Origin: Candidatus Poribacteria bacterium
GTDB lineage: Bacteria > Poribacteria > WGA-4E > WGA-3G
Assembly: GCA_007571305.1 (NCBI GenBank)
Contig: RKRR01000078.1
Span: forward strand, 19-64,018
Length of the DNA stretch: 64,000 bases
Reading direction: 5' to 3'
The position numbers and the translations under genes are program-made. Below the pieces are notes generated by a model. That model did no database searches and had not been told where the DNA came from. It was given only the letters and a program-made list of their open reading frames with translations. This document shows, piece by piece, positions 51,162-62,474 of this stretch; position 1 is the stretch's first letter, and each line of letters starts with the position of its first letter.

Positions 51162-52388
51162 ATGCGAAAACAATTGCATGCAATATGGTTTGTTGTATTT
51201 TTATCGTTAAGTTGGGTAGTGTCCATTTCCGACGCAGCAGAACTCAAAATAGAAAAGACACTCACCGAAACGAACGGTTTGGCATCCAACACAGTGCTTA
51301 CCATTTTTGAAGACAGTCGTGGGAATATGTGGTTCGGAACACCTAAAGGAGTTACCCGTTATGATGGAGAGAATTTTCGGACCTTCACCACAGACGATGG
51401 ATTAGCACAAAACACGATAGGACTTATCTTTGAAGACCAACAAGGGATGCTCTGGTTCGCTGATGGTATGCTTTCCGACGTTGTGGAAAGAGGAAAACCT
51501 ATGGACATGTCATGGATGGAAACGCCTTTAAGTGAACTGGATATCACGCCGCATCCCGAAACGTCTGAAGGAATGAAAACGCATCCATCCTTAAAAGGCG
51601 TGAGCCGCTACGATGGGCATGCGTTCAGAATTTTCACGACAGCCGATGGACTCGCGGGCGATACCGTCACGAATATAATTGAGGATACGACAGGCACACT
51701 TTGGTTCGCGACAGGGTTCGGTGTGAGTCAATACGACGGTGAAACGTTCAACAACATTGCTATGAACGGACCGATGGGGATGAACATCTTGCCCGAATCG
51801 TGGAATCAAGTCACAGCAATTGTACAGGATACAGCAGGAAATTTTTGGTTTGGCAGTGCTGCCGGCATCACCTACTACAACCTCAAAACGTCCGGTTTCC
51901 GCCATTTCGGGATTGATTCGGATTTCACGCTTTTTCAAGAGATGGGGGAGGCACATAGCGCATACATAACAGATCTGCAGTTCGATGCAAAGGAAAACCT
52001 CTGGATGAGTCAAGATGGGACAAGCGAGGAGAGTTCCGGGATTCGTCAATACAATGGCAAAAAACTGACAACTTTTCCCCAAAGTGCAGAACTTCCGATG
52101 AACAGCGTTAACAATATCATGCAGGATAGCAGCAGTAACCTTTGGTTCACGGGTGTTAAGAAACTACCTCCAAAGATGCATGAAACCGAGGACAGTGTGA
52201 GTATGACTTTCCCTGAAGTTGAATCCGGCGTAAGTGTCTACAATGGTGAAAAGTTCCAAAACTTTAACATAGACGACGGGCTGCCGAGTAACCGCGTCTG
52301 GTCAGTATTTGAGGACATCGATGGCAAACTCTGGTTCGCCACAGATTCTGGTGCTGTAGTCGGGATTTATCTGCCTTCCCAAAAATAG
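51162..52388 (+). CDS. Reg_prop (two-component regulator propeller) repeat protein with no kinase domain
   Basis: Repeats GLASN.V..IFEDS.GNMWFGT..GV.RYDG..F; signal peptide. Confidence 0.85.
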   Translation: MRKQLHAIWFVVFLSLSWVVSISDAAELKIEKTLTETNGLASNTVLTIFEDSRGNMWFGTPKGVTRYDGENFRTFTTDDGLAQNTIGLIFEDQQGMLWFADGMLSDVVERGKPMDMSWMETPLSELDITPHPETSEGMKTHPSLKGVSRYDGHAFRIFTTADGLAGDTVTNIIEDTTGTLWFATGFGVSQYDGETFNNIAMNGPMGMNILPESWNQVTAIVQDTAGNFWFGSAAGITYYNLKTSGFRHFGIDSDFTLFQEMGEAHSAYITDLQFDAKENLWMSQDGTSEESSGIRQYNGKKLTTFPQSAELPMNSVNNIMQDSSSNLWFTGVKKLPPKMHETEDSVSMTFPEVESGVSVYNGEKFQNFNIDDGLPSNRVWSVFEDIDGKLWFATDSGAVVGIYLPSQK

Positions 52389-52485
52389 CTATCAACTGTT
52401 AACTGTCGCTGGCTGGAAAAGGAAACGTTCCTGAAACGTTTGCGTTCTTGCTGATCGCTGATGACTACTCAAGGAGACAAAACAG

Positions 52486-55400
52486 ATGAAAAGGATTCTT
52501 CAAAACATCACTTGCTTGTGGATGGCGATTCTCTGTGGCATTCCTCTCCTGTTAATCGGTTGTGTAGAAAAAGAGATTACGCGTATAGCGGACTGGGAAA
52601 CCCATTTTACGGATGTCTATTTCGCAGATGCCAAACACGGATGGGTTGTCGGACATCAAGGATGGATCCTTCATACTGCCGACGGGGGTGAGAACTGGGA
52701 AAAACAGACGGTGAACACACATGAGGATTTCAAAGCCGTCTATTTCACAAATCTCCGTAACGGTTGGGTTGTCGGAGATAAGGGATTGATTGCCACAACG
52801 GATGACGGTGGACGACACTGGACCCTACAAAAGAGCCAAACTTACGCGCTGTTTTTGGATGTCTTTTTTAGCAACTCAAAGACCGGCTGGATTACTGGAC
52901 AGGATGGGCTATTATACACAAAAAATGGTGGAAAGACATGGCATCACCAAGAAACAAGCGAGTTCGGACTCGGCGGTATCTGGTTCATAGACAAGCACCG
53001 GGGATGGATCGTCGGAGATTACGACCGAATCTTTCTCACTACAGACGGCGGTCAAACGTGGCATAGACAAGATAACATCGTGAGAGAAGATCAAACAACA
53101 ACAGTTTGCAACCTCTATACGGTATTTTTTACAAATGCTTCTAAGGGATGGAGCGGTGGCTCAGACGGGACTATTTTCCATACCACCAACGGTGGGACAG
53201 AGTGGCACTCACAGGATAGTCGGCTCCCACCAATTTATGGACATGTCCGTCCAACCGTCAATGACTTCGATTTCATTGATGATGACTACGGCGTGGCGGT
53301 TGCACAGGGTGGGTTTATCATCCGAACCGAAGATGGTGGGGATAATTGGAGATTAACAGAAAACCAGACCAAGAATGACTTGATGGGTGTTCATTTTGCG
53401 ACACCGAAACAGGCATGGGCGGTCGGTTGGAACGGCACCCTCCTGCACTCGACAGACGGTGGCGTAACATGGAACATGCGGAGCGGCACGACAGCAGATA
53501 CTCTGCAAAGTGTCGCATTTGCGGATGCAAATCGTGCAGTTGCCGTCGGAGAGAAAGGCACAATTGCAACGAGCAATGACAGTGGTAAAACTTGGACCAA
53601 TATCGAAATGGACACAATGGACACATGGCACCGCATTCGAAATCTGTCATTTGCCACTGACAGAGAAGGTTGGGCAGTTGGTGACGGGGGACTCATCCTC
53701 CACACAACCGATGCGGGTCAGACGTGGGAACGGCAAACCAGCGGATGGTGGTATACCCTCAATGCCCTCCATTTCATCAATCCGCAAAAAGGCTGGATTG
53801 TCGGAGACTTAGGGACTGTGCTGCATACAACAGACGGCGGCGAAACGTGGATACAACAAGCCCCACGATATTTCCACGAGATGATAAAAGGCATCTTTTT
53901 CCTCAACGAAAGAGAGGGATGGGTGGTAGGTTGGCCCGGTATCGTTTTCCATACCACAGATGGTGGATTGACGTGGAAACGGCAAAATAGCAACAGTTAC
54001 AACGAACTCTATGCCGCCTATTTCATCGACAGACATACCGGTTGGGTAGTCGGACAATTGGGCGAGATTTTGCATACCCTCGATGGTGGTAAAACGTGGA
54101 AATTTCAGCGGAGTGGAACGCAGGCAAATTTGAACAAAGTCTACTTTGCCGATGAAAATCACGGATTAATTGTGGGGGACGAAGGTGTTATTTTGACCAC
54201 TACCAATGGCGGTATCACGTGGGTACGACAGAACAGCGGCACATCCAATGATCTCTATAGTTTTTCGCTCTCCCCTGACGGTATACTCGCTGTTGGTGAA
54301 GGTGGTATTGCGATGCGCTACTCTGTGGACACGGAGAAGTTCATTGTTGAATTGCCTCCTGTTGCGCAAGAAATGGAAAGGGTTGAAAAACCGATTGAAC
54401 CACTTGAATACCACTGGGAAATCGTCCGTCGGGGAAGCTGGCAAGCCGAATTTACCGATACATATTTCCTGTCTGCACAGCACGGGTGGACAGTGGGGAG
54501 CGGTGGTACCATTTTACGAACCACAGATGGTGGCACTACATGGCAGACACAGCAGAGCGGTGTATCAGAAACATTGCAACGGATCGTCTTTATTGATGAA
54601 AACTACGGCTGGATTACCGGTCAAGGTGTCCTGCTGCGAACCGAAAATGGCGGTAAGAGTTGGCAAGTTATTCGTACAGGATTGAAAAACTTTCACAATA
54701 TTCCTGCGATACACTTCATCAATCCGAAGGAGGGATGGCTCGGTGTTGATAGAGGACAAATCCTGCGGACACGCGATGGTGGTAAAACTTGGATGCCTCA
54801 GCAAACGGGAACAACGCATCAACCGATTACGCACTTACATTTCATCAACAGTCGAGAGGGATGGGCAGTCGCGCCACAACGGTGGACCGGCGGATTTATT
54901 CTGCACACGGTTGATGGCGGTGATTATTGGGAAATCCAAGCCCGGACCCATCATCGTGGCATCGGTGTCCATTTTGCAAATGCCCAATCGGGTTGGGTGG
55001 TAATGGAAAATGGGACCTCACTCCTTACCAGAGATGGCGGAGAGAGTTGGCAACAGGATTTGGAAATAGCGCGCGGCATTAAAGGGACGAATTTTGATAT
55101 CCAATTGCTTACCGTGAAATTCCGCAATCACACTGAGGCTTGGGCAATTAATGGCGAACGTACAATCCTTACAACCCAAAACCAAGGGAAACATTGGGAA
55201 AAAATGGATTTTTTGCTTGACCAAGGAACCATAGATGATGAGGGAAGAAGTTGGATAGAGAGAATGGTAGAAGAACGTCCTTTTGGATCCTCAGGGCAAA
55301 TTAACAACGCGCACCTACTCTCAAATGGGCAAGGTTGGGTAGTTTCCGGTGAACAGATTCTCGATAGGGAATCGGCCAGAGCTGATATTGGTGGTTCCGA

Positions 55401-56361
55401 AGAATCAGGTGTATCTACCGGTCAGATCTACGCCACCACAGATGGCGGAAAGACGTGGCAGCATCAACTCGGTGAATCGCTCGATAACTTCCGTGATGTG
55501 CAATTTCTTGATGAGCAAAACGGTTGGATCGCCGGGGACAACGGTGCTCTACTATCAACAGAAGATGGTGGAGAAAATTGGAAGCACTTGCAGAGCGGCA
55601 CCACCGCCCGTATCGTCGATGTTCACTTCATCAGTCTTGATCCGAAATGGGGTTGGGCAATGGAGAAGGATGGAACCTTGCTTTATACCATAGACGGTGA
55701 GGACTGGTCGGTAGACAACAAACAGGAACTTCCCGATCGTGTCCTACCTGATCTTCCCCAGCATAATCTACCTCCACTCTCTATAAATGAGGTTGCCTTC
55801 GGCAAGTTCTCTGAAGGATGGGCGGTCGGTGAGAATGGAGAGATAATTCACAATCTGGATGGGGGACCGATTTGGACGCTGCAGCGCACCTCAACCGGTA
55901 AAACCCTCACGAGCGTTGATATGAAATTCGCACCCCTCGGTTGGGCGGTTGGGAGCAATGGTGTCACCCAGCGAACCGTCAACGGTGGCGAGTATTGGAA
56001 GTTCCACGAGACGCATGTTGGCTACGACCTTTACGCCGTATCGTTCATTACGAAACGAAAAGGGTGGGCGGTCGGACGGGCAGGGATTATCCTATCCACC
56101 TCCGATGGTGGATTCACTTGGGAAGCGGAACTGAGCAGTGTAGTGGAGACGCTTTACGATATTCTGGCACTCTCAGAACAGGAACTTTACGCTGTCGGTG
56201 CCTCTGGAACGATCATTCATTCGACAGACGGTGGGACAACTTGGGAACAGGAGCACACCGGTGTAGACAACGACCTATATGTTATCACACAGGTCAAAGA
56301 TGGAGGGACGTTGTGGGTCGTTGGGCAGGGAGGCGTTGTGCTGCGTCGCCCTAAACGTTGA
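52486..56361 (+). CDS. Large YCF48-related/BNR-repeat lipoprotein
   Basis: More than 20 repeats of F....GW.VG..G.ILHT.DGG.TW; LIGC lipobox. Confidence 0.9.
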   Translation: MKRILQNITCLWMAILCGIPLLLIGCVEKEITRIADWETHFTDVYFADAKHGWVVGHQGWILHTADGGENWEKQTVNTHEDFKAVYFTNLRNGWVVGDKGLIATTDDGGRHWTLQKSQTYALFLDVFFSNSKTGWITGQDGLLYTKNGGKTWHHQETSEFGLGGIWFIDKHRGWIVGDYDRIFLTTDGGQTWHRQDNIVREDQTTTVCNLYTVFFTNASKGWSGGSDGTIFHTTNGGTEWHSQDSRLPPIYGHVRPTVNDFDFIDDDYGVAVAQGGFIIRTEDGGDNWRLTENQTKNDLMGVHFATPKQAWAVGWNGTLLHSTDGGVTWNMRSGTTADTLQSVAFADANRAVAVGEKGTIATSNDSGKTWTNIEMDTMDTWHRIRNLSFATDREGWAVGDGGLILHTTDAGQTWERQTSGWWYTLNALHFINPQKGWIVGDLGTVLHTTDGGETWIQQAPRYFHEMIKGIFFLNEREGWVVGWPGIVFHTTDGGLTWKRQNSNSYNELYAAYFIDRHTGWVVGQLGEILHTLDGGKTWKFQRSGTQANLNKVYFADENHGLIVGDEGVILTTTNGGITWVRQNSGTSNDLYSFSLSPDGILAVGEGGIAMRYSVDTEKFIVELPPVAQEMERVEKPIEPLEYHWEIVRRGSWQAEFTDTYFLSAQHGWTVGSGGTILRTTDGGTTWQTQQSGVSETLQRIVFIDENYGWITGQGVLLRTENGGKSWQVIRTGLKNFHNIPAIHFINPKEGWLGVDRGQILRTRDGGKTWMPQQTGTTHQPITHLHFINSREGWAVAPQRWTGGFILHTVDGGDYWEIQARTHHRGIGVHFANAQSGWVVMENGTSLLTRDGGESWQQDLEIARGIKGTNFDIQLLTVKFRNHTEAWAINGERTILTTQNQGKHWEKMDFLLDQGTIDDEGRSWIERMVEERPFGSSGQINNAHLLSNGQGWVVSGEQILDRESARADIGGSEESGVSTGQIYATTDGGKTWQHQLGESLDNFRDVQFLDEQNGWIAGDNGALLSTEDGGENWKHLQSGTTARIVDVHFISLDPKWGWAMEKDGTLLYTIDGEDWSVDNKQELPDRVLPDLPQHNLPPLSINEVAFGKFSEGWAVGENGEIIHNLDGGPIWTLQRTSTGKTLTSVDMKFAPLGWAVGSNGVTQRTVNGGEYWKFHETHVGYDLYAVSFITKRKGWAVGRAGIILSTSDGGFTWEAELSSVVETLYDILALSEQELYAVGASGTIIHSTDGGTTWEQEHTGVDNDLYVITQVKDGGTLWVVGQGGVVLRRPKR

Positions 56362-56500
56362 CGTGCCTCATTTTACCTCATGCCTTTAAAACGAGAAACG
56401 CGCATTCAATTTTAACCGCTCACTCACAGAATAAGATGTTATGCCTTACCTTCATTGATAAGATGAACAGGCAAGGCACAAAAAGCCTTCCTATGTTCTA

Positions 56501-57433
56501 TTAGGCATGGTCTTCAGGACGGACCCCTTTTGTAAAAGTGCCGAAACCGAAGAACGTTGGCGCATAATCACCGACATAATCGACAACACTCTTATCAGGA
56601 ATTGCGTCCTCCATCCCCATACACCAATAGCAACCGTTGACGAGGAGACGACGAAGCCCTTCGCTTTCTAAGTCGACAGAGGCACCCATTGTTGTATTGA
56701 AGACGCGTGAGGTGTTGCCTTCATCGCCTGTATAGGTTTTAATCCACACCATCGGCATTGTAACTGCATCGGGTTTTGGGGCATCTGTTGGGTCCATACC
56801 GACCAATACCTGTCCGTGGATAAGTACCTGTGAGTCGCCTGTCAATTCCGTAATGCCGTAGACATCGGACGGCCCCCAGACATCGTCAACACCTTTGAGA
56901 ATAGGATGATCTTGCATTGCCTCGTCAATTACGCCGCGCGCGCTCTCTTTGCCGTGATGTCCATGGTGGTTAACCCAAGTCTCTCCGAGTACTTGCCTGC
57001 CATATCCCCCCTCAAACTCCTCACTGTTAAAACTGTATTTTGCATACGGACTATCGAGGTTGCGGCTATAACTGAAAGCGTGTGTCGCTGTGCGGAGCCC
57101 CATCACAGGTTTGCCAGCATTCGTATAGTCAACGACATACTTCATTTGGTCATCGGGCAGTTCGCGGAAACGTGTGAACAGCACCATCATATCCGCGGAT
57201 TCTAAATGGTGGAGTCCTGGAATGTTCGTCTGTACCTCCGGATCGATTTCCCCTGATTCCGGATCAATAGCAAACAGCACCGTACATTTAAATCCATGGT
57301 GCGTAGCTAATACCTTCCCTAACATCGGCAACGCCTCTTCAGAGCGATACTCTTCATCGCCACTGACGAGAACAATATGCTTGCCGTTTCCAGGTCCTTC
57401 GTTTCCTTCGTAAACAACCCATTCGTTTTTCAT
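56501..57433 (-). CDS. ThuA-like domain protein
   Basis: SGDEEYRSEE, FTRFR, GLRTATHAF, RVF.TTMG. Confidence 0.8.
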   Translation of the reverse strand: MKNEWVVYEGNEGPGNGKHIVLVSGDEEYRSEEALPMLGKVLATHHGFKCTVLFAIDPESGEIDPEVQTNIPGLHHLESADMMVLFTRFRELPDDQMKYVVDYTNAGKPVMGLRTATHAFSYSRNLDSPYAKYSFNSEEFEGGYGRQVLGETWVNHHGHHGKESARGVIDEAMQDHPILKGVDDVWGPSDVYGITELTGDSQVLIHGQVLVGMDPTDAPKPDAVTMPMVWIKTYTGDEGNTSRVFNTTMGASVDLESEGLRRLLVNGCYWCMGMEDAIPDKSVVDYVGDYAPTFFGFGTFTKGVRPEDHA

Positions 57434-57578
57434 GAAAAGATAAACTCCATACAATAAGATTTTGCATGAGTATAGCATACTTTCCTGATAAAGTTACACC
57501 GAATCTGTTTCGGAGCATTAAAGATTCTGTCCATCATAGAGAAAAAACTTTGACAAATGTCTGGAGTTACCATAAAAT

Positions 57579-57734
57579 TAATCTAAGTTGTTACCTCTAT
57601 GATTTCATATCCATGAACGCCTGTTTTCAGCGAGAATCCTTCATTTTTGCGAAAAGTTTGGTGTATTCCGTGTGATTTTCGGTGTGAAGCTGCACACTCT
57701 AACAGGTTCTGCGACGAGGTGGCAACTTGGGTTA
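57579..57734. mobile_element. MITE family A (degenerate)
   Basis: TAATCTAAGTTG...GCAACTTGGGTTA; internal REP. Confidence 0.7.
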
Positions 57735-57811
57735 AAATTATTAAAAGGAAGACTTGAAAACATTATCTAAAATGGAGTTTTATTTTTCAATAACCCTCAA
57801 CTAAATAGTAA

Positions 57812-57930
57812 AGGACTTACGCATTTTTGACAATAGCACGGTTTCTGAGTAGGCGAACCGACAAAAAACACACGGTTCTCTGACACAACCTAACAGGTTA
57901 TGCTACAGAAGCACAGCCTACGTAAGTCCT
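57812..57930. mobile_element. MITE family B
   Basis: AGGACTTACGCA...ACGTAAGTCCT; inverted copy of 13961-14079. Confidence 0.8.
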
Positions 57931-57956
57931 ATAGCATAAAAACTGGAGGATCTGGA

Positions 57957-59312
57957 TTGTTAAAAGTATCAAAGTTTGGCGGAAGCTCCCTAGCATCAGC
58001 GGAGCAAGTCCGCCGTGTTTGCGACATTATTACTGCCGATCCGGGACGCCGTATCATTGTTGTTTCTGCTCCCGGAAAACGAGATAACCAAGACATCAAA
58101 GTAACAGATCTGCTTATCGCCGCGGCATCCCAACGACTCATGGGAAAAATCGGTGCTTCGGAGTGTGCTGAAGTGATAGAACGGTATCGGGGCATTGCGT
58201 CTGAATTGAAACTCCCGCCGGAAGTTATGGATTCTATCGCTCGTGACCTAACGGAACGTTTGGAAAATAGCACAACCGACACCGACCTCTACATGGACAC
58301 AATGAAGGCTGGTGGTGAAGACAACTGCGCTCGCCTTATCGCACAAGTTTTACAGGCACGTGGTGTAGACGCACATTATGTGAACCCGAAGGATGCTGGC
58401 TTACTGCTTTCGGACGAGCCAGGCAATGCCCAAGTGCTACCTGAAGCATACAACCGACTGCGGGATCTACACGAGCGTCCCGGTATCACCATTTTTCCCG
58501 GCTTCTTCGGATACTCGAAAGATGGCAATATTGTCACTTTCTCGCGCGGTGGTTCAGACATCACAGGAGCTATTCTCGCCAGTGCTGTTCGAGCAGAAGT
58601 CTATGAGAACTTTACAGATGTCGATTCTGTGTTTGCCGCAAACCCATCTATCGTTGAAGATCCGGTGCCGATCTCGGAGTTAACCTATCGTGAGATGCGC
58701 GAACTCTCTTACGCAGGATTTTCTGTATTCCACGACGAGGCACTCGAACCGGTCTACCGAGCACATGTGCCTGTCAATATTCGAAACACCAATAACCCGA
58801 AAGCAGATGGCACACTGATTGTTCCAAGCCGCACGTCAACAGATATTCCGGTCGTTGGTATCGCAGCAATGGACAGCGTCTGCTGTATCTATCTCAGTAA
58901 ATACCTGATGAACCGCCAAATCGGGTTTGGCAGACGACTGTTGCAGATATTGGAAGCCGAAGGTATCTCTTTTGAACACGTCCCGTCGGGTATAGACAAT
59001 ATGTCCATCATCCTTCGAGAAGAAAACCTATCTGCGGCAAAAGAGAAGAGAATTGTCGAACAAATTCGGCAAACACTGGCACCGGAAGACATTTTCGTGG
59101 AACGCGGACTCTCTTTAATAATGGTCGTAGGTGAAGGTATGCGTCATACTGTAGGCATCGCCTCGCGTGCTACAGGTGCATTAGCCGATGCGAAAGTCAA
59201 CATTGAGATGATTAATCAAGGTTCTAACGAGGTCAGTATGATGTTCGGTGTAAAATCCGAAGATATGGAGTCTGCCGTTCAAGCACTTTATGCGGAATTT
59301 TTTGATTCCTAA
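57957..59312 (+). CDS. Aspartate kinase (AK III/YclM-like)
   Basis: KFGGSS, VVSAPG, TFSRGGSD, NFTDVD, ACT domains; TTG start after GGAGG. Confidence 0.93.
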   Translation: MLKVSKFGGSSLASAEQVRRVCDIITADPGRRIIVVSAPGKRDNQDIKVTDLLIAAASQRLMGKIGASECAEVIERYRGIASELKLPPEVMDSIARDLTERLENSTTDTDLYMDTMKAGGEDNCARLIAQVLQARGVDAHYVNPKDAGLLLSDEPGNAQVLPEAYNRLRDLHERPGITIFPGFFGYSKDGNIVTFSRGGSDITGAILASAVRAEVYENFTDVDSVFAANPSIVEDPVPISELTYREMRELSYAGFSVFHDEALEPVYRAHVPVNIRNTNNPKADGTLIVPSRTSTDIPVVGIAAMDSVCCIYLSKYLMNRQIGFGRRLLQILEAEGISFEHVPSGIDNMSIILREENLSAAKEKRIVEQIRQTLAPEDIFVERGLSLIMVVGEGMRHTVGIASRATGALADAKVNIEMINQGSNEVSMMFGVKSEDMESAVQALYAEFFDS

Positions 59313-59475
59313 CAAATAGTGACTTGGATGACACCGGTTACTGGAAAGGACAACTTCTCGCGAAGGTAGTTATCCACCTTTAAGTCCGCCTAATTATCAC
59401 TGATGCTGTTGATATGCATCGAAAACCCGTTTTTGACAACGGAAAAAACGGAGCAAAAATTCAATCGTTAAAAAA

Positions 59476-60315
59476 ATGGAAATAACAGTTCAGCAGGAAG
59501 AATTAGCCTTAGGAAAACTGACAGACGCACACGTGGAGCAAGCCGTCAAGGCAATCCGCGTTGATGGCTATGTCATTTTAGAGAATGTCATCAATCACGA
59601 CCACTTGGACATTCTTCGCGAACGGATGGATGCAGATTCGCGTATCCTTATTAATGCGGAAAAATGGGGTGGAGCCGGCAAACTCATAGGGCATCTCCAA
59701 CAGGGACCGCCACCATTTGCTCCCTACATTTTTAGAGACCTCGTCGCGAATCCGTATGTTGTACAGGTGACGAAGGAGCTGCTTGGTTCCGGACTCTATA
59801 ATAACTTTTACAACGGCAACACGAACTGTCCCGGCAGCACAACACAGCCGCTCCACAGAGATGGTGCCCACTTGTGGCCAAACCAAGAAGTAGCACATCC
59901 AACCACAGAAGTCGTCGTCAATATTTCACCACAGGACACAACTGAGGAAAATGGAAGTGTAGAACTCTGGCCCGGTTCACACCTTCAGGTAGGTGATGGA
60001 GGCGTAGATGAAGATCAGGAGGAAGCCCGTCGCAAAATCTGTCCGCCTATCCGTGGAAATGCGAAGAAGGGAAGTGTCCTGATTCGAGACATGCGGCTGT
60101 GGCACCGAGGGGTACCTAACCCATCCGATAAGCCACGCCACATGATAGCAATGATTCATCGCGTCAATTGGCTCAAATCCCACCGCCAACTCAAGTATAA
60201 AACGGGATGTGAAGTCGCTTTTGAGAACAGCGATCTCGACCATAACGCTGAATTCATTAACTTCGCCGAGAAAAAGATAGATGAGTACGATTACCTCTTC
60301 AATCCGAGATTCTAA
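59476..60315 (+). CDS. Phytanoyl-CoA dioxygenase (PhyH) family protein
   Basis: DGYVIL, QPLHRD, ENG..E.WPGSH, RLWHRG..N.S..PR. Confidence 0.88.
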   Translation: MEITVQQEELALGKLTDAHVEQAVKAIRVDGYVILENVINHDHLDILRERMDADSRILINAEKWGGAGKLIGHLQQGPPPFAPYIFRDLVANPYVVQVTKELLGSGLYNNFYNGNTNCPGSTTQPLHRDGAHLWPNQEVAHPTTEVVVNISPQDTTEENGSVELWPGSHLQVGDGGVDEDQEEARRKICPPIRGNAKKGSVLIRDMRLWHRGVPNPSDKPRHMIAMIHRVNWLKSHRQLKYKTGCEVAFENSDLDHNAEFINFAEKKIDEYDYLFNPRF

Positions 60316-60351
60316 ATATGTGCGCGCGGTGTCCACTGCCGCTCTGAGTTC

Positions 60352-61203
60352 ATGACGGAGGTTACCATGAATGGCAAAAACAGTTGGCTCCCCGCTGAGC
60401 CTAACCTCGAGAGGGTTTGTGAAACTTACAGCGATCCGATTTACGCACTTTCCCAAGCAGAAGTGCCTGCCATCATCCTTCGGAACGCTTATCCACCAGA
60501 GCAATGTCAAGGGCTTATCAACCGCTTCACGAATATGGGTTTGATGCGCGATGAAGCAGACACCAACTCCGCTGACAAACGTACCCGCATTGACATCGGC
60601 ACGAGCCTCGGTAATCGTGGCGCGGATAAAGCGAAATTCTTGGCACACGCCGAAGCGACAGAACACCTCTTTAAATTCCTATTCAATGGATTTGATAATC
60701 CTGTCGATCTCATCTACGATTCGCTTACGGCACTTTCACCGGGCAAAGAGGTAAAAACCGCCCGTGAACCAGACGGATCACGCTACGGTCCCGCGATTTT
60801 TCGGGTGCATTACGAAACCCATAGTTATAAGCCGCATATCGACCACGTCAAGTATCGCGAGCAGCGCACCAATTATGATGTTTATCGTTTTGAGCATCAG
60901 TTTGCAGGCGTGCTGTGCGTCCAAAACGCAGACGAACACGGGAAAGGAACACAAGCCATCTTGCACCGGTGTCTCTGGTCTGAGGAAATTCAACCCCATA
61001 TCGTTGAAGAAACTTTTGATCAATACGCCGCTCAAAACGGGGTAGAAAACTATCAGGTTGATTTGCAACAGGGGGATCTCTACTTTTTTAATACCCGTTG
61101 TATTCATGAGGTTCCACCTGTTCAAGGCACGCGGGCTCGCATTGTCTTGGCAGTATTTATCGGATATTCCCCTGAAGATAATGAAGTGTTCGTTTGGTCG
61201 TGA
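60352..61203 (+). CDS. 2OG-Fe(II) oxygenase superfamily protein
   Basis: PHID...GDLYFFN...HEV......R. Confidence 0.75.
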   Translation: MTEVTMNGKNSWLPAEPNLERVCETYSDPIYALSQAEVPAIILRNAYPPEQCQGLINRFTNMGLMRDEADTNSADKRTRIDIGTSLGNRGADKAKFLAHAEATEHLFKFLFNGFDNPVDLIYDSLTALSPGKEVKTAREPDGSRYGPAIFRVHYETHSYKPHIDHVKYREQRTNYDVYRFEHQFAGVLCVQNADEHGKGTQAILHRCLWSEEIQPHIVEETFDQYAAQNGVENYQVDLQQGDLYFFNTRCIHEVPPVQGTRARIVLAVFIGYSPEDNEVFVWS

Positions 61204-61312
61204 ACATCGCTAATCAGTGTGTTCAATGTTTTACAGGCGCGCTTTGTCAGCGCGCCGAAAAACAGTCTTTGTTGAACCCTCAACGATTTCTCATCCCTAC
61301 CTATCTGATTTA

Positions 61313-61433
61313 TAGTAAAATCCGAAAACAGGTTCACCCTTGTAGCGTAGCCTGTTAGGCTGTGCCAGTCAGAACAGATAACTTCAGCGTTCACACGACG
61401 CTATGAGTGTCCAAGTAATTACGGAATCTACTA
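61313..61433. mobile_element. MITE family C
   Basis: TA-TAGTAAAATCCG...CGGAATCTACTA-TA; internal REP GTAGCGTAGCCTGTTAGGCTGTGC. Confidence 0.82.
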
Positions 61434-61682
61434 TAATACCCCTAACATTTATATAGATTTTTCTCTCAGAAGGCACTTTTTAACTGGATCCTTAAAAAAC
61501 AGGAATTATTTGGCTTTTTCTTGACATTTTTTTGACAAATATGTTAACGTCTTGGCAAATGAGGTCGGCAGCATCCGTTTTATAACGTAAATCTACCATA
61601 AGTTCCATCATAAAAAGAGCAGCGAGCTCTTATGTTCTGGAACACACAGTTTTCCATTCCATCAAAAGGAGATATTCAAGCC

Positions 61683-62474
61683 ATGAAAAAGGGCGCAATA
61701 ACGAGTCAATTTCATACCGTTTCGATCTATTGTTTATGTTTTCTCCTTATAGCAGGGATGTTCCTTATTACTACATTAGTAGCTGCGAAAACAAAAAAGG
61801 TACTGATGTTGGGAAACAACATCACTCAAGTTGAAACGGCAACGATTAGCAAAAATGTGAAAAAAGTTCAGAATTATACCTTCGATTATGAGGTTACGAA
61901 AGATCCGAAACTCGCGAAAGCGGATGCCGCTGATTTTGATATCCTCTGGCTTGGGCAAGGTGAAATTTGCGAAGGTGGATGGCGTTTCACTGACCAGGGA
62001 TCAGAGGCCGTTTTAGAGTTTGTTGAAAAAGGAGGGGTTTGCATTGTCGTTGAGCAGGACCACGATGATGCCGTAGGATGTCCAACACCGTGGCTCCCTA
62101 AACCACTAAACGGTGATGAAACCGGTGGTGCAGAGAACTTTGAACTGACAAAAGCACCGGAGATTAGAACGCTTTTCACCAAGCCAAACAAGATAGAAAG
62201 GATTGTGACGAATGATAGATGGCACAACCCCGATAAGGCGTTTATTACACTCGCGACGGTTGGTAAGCATCTCATTGCTGCACTCCTATATCATGGTAAA
62301 GGCGCATATATCATCACAGCGATGCAAAATGAAAGTCAGGCGCAGCTCGATACAAATCTTCCGTTTATTGAAAACTTGTTGTTTTATACCGCTACCCTTC
62401 AGGATGAAATTCTTGCGGTTGAACCGCACCACAAACTGGCTGGGACGTGGGCGCAACTCAAAATGAATCCGTGA
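61683..62474 (+). CDS. Secreted hypothetical protein (GATase-like fold) with C-terminal tail
   Basis: Signal peptide; FDILWLG, EFVEKGG; tail AVEPHHKLAGTWAQLK. Confidence 0.7.
   Translation: MKKGAITSQFHTVSIYCLCFLLIAGMFLITTLVAAKTKKVLMLGNNITQVETATISKNVKKVQNYTFDYEVTKDPKLAKADAADFDILWLGQGEICEGGWRFTDQGSEAVLEFVEKGGVCIVVEQDHDDAVGCPTPWLPKPLNGDETGGAENFELTKAPEIRTLFTKPNKIERIVTNDRWHNPDKAFITLATVGKHLIAALLYHGKGAYIITAMQNESQAQLDTNLPFIENLLFYTATLQDEILAVEPHHKLAGTWAQLKMNP

Noticed and set aside
52486-56361. Periodic nucleotide similarity
   Set aside because: Explained by protein BNR repeats; not a DGR or array
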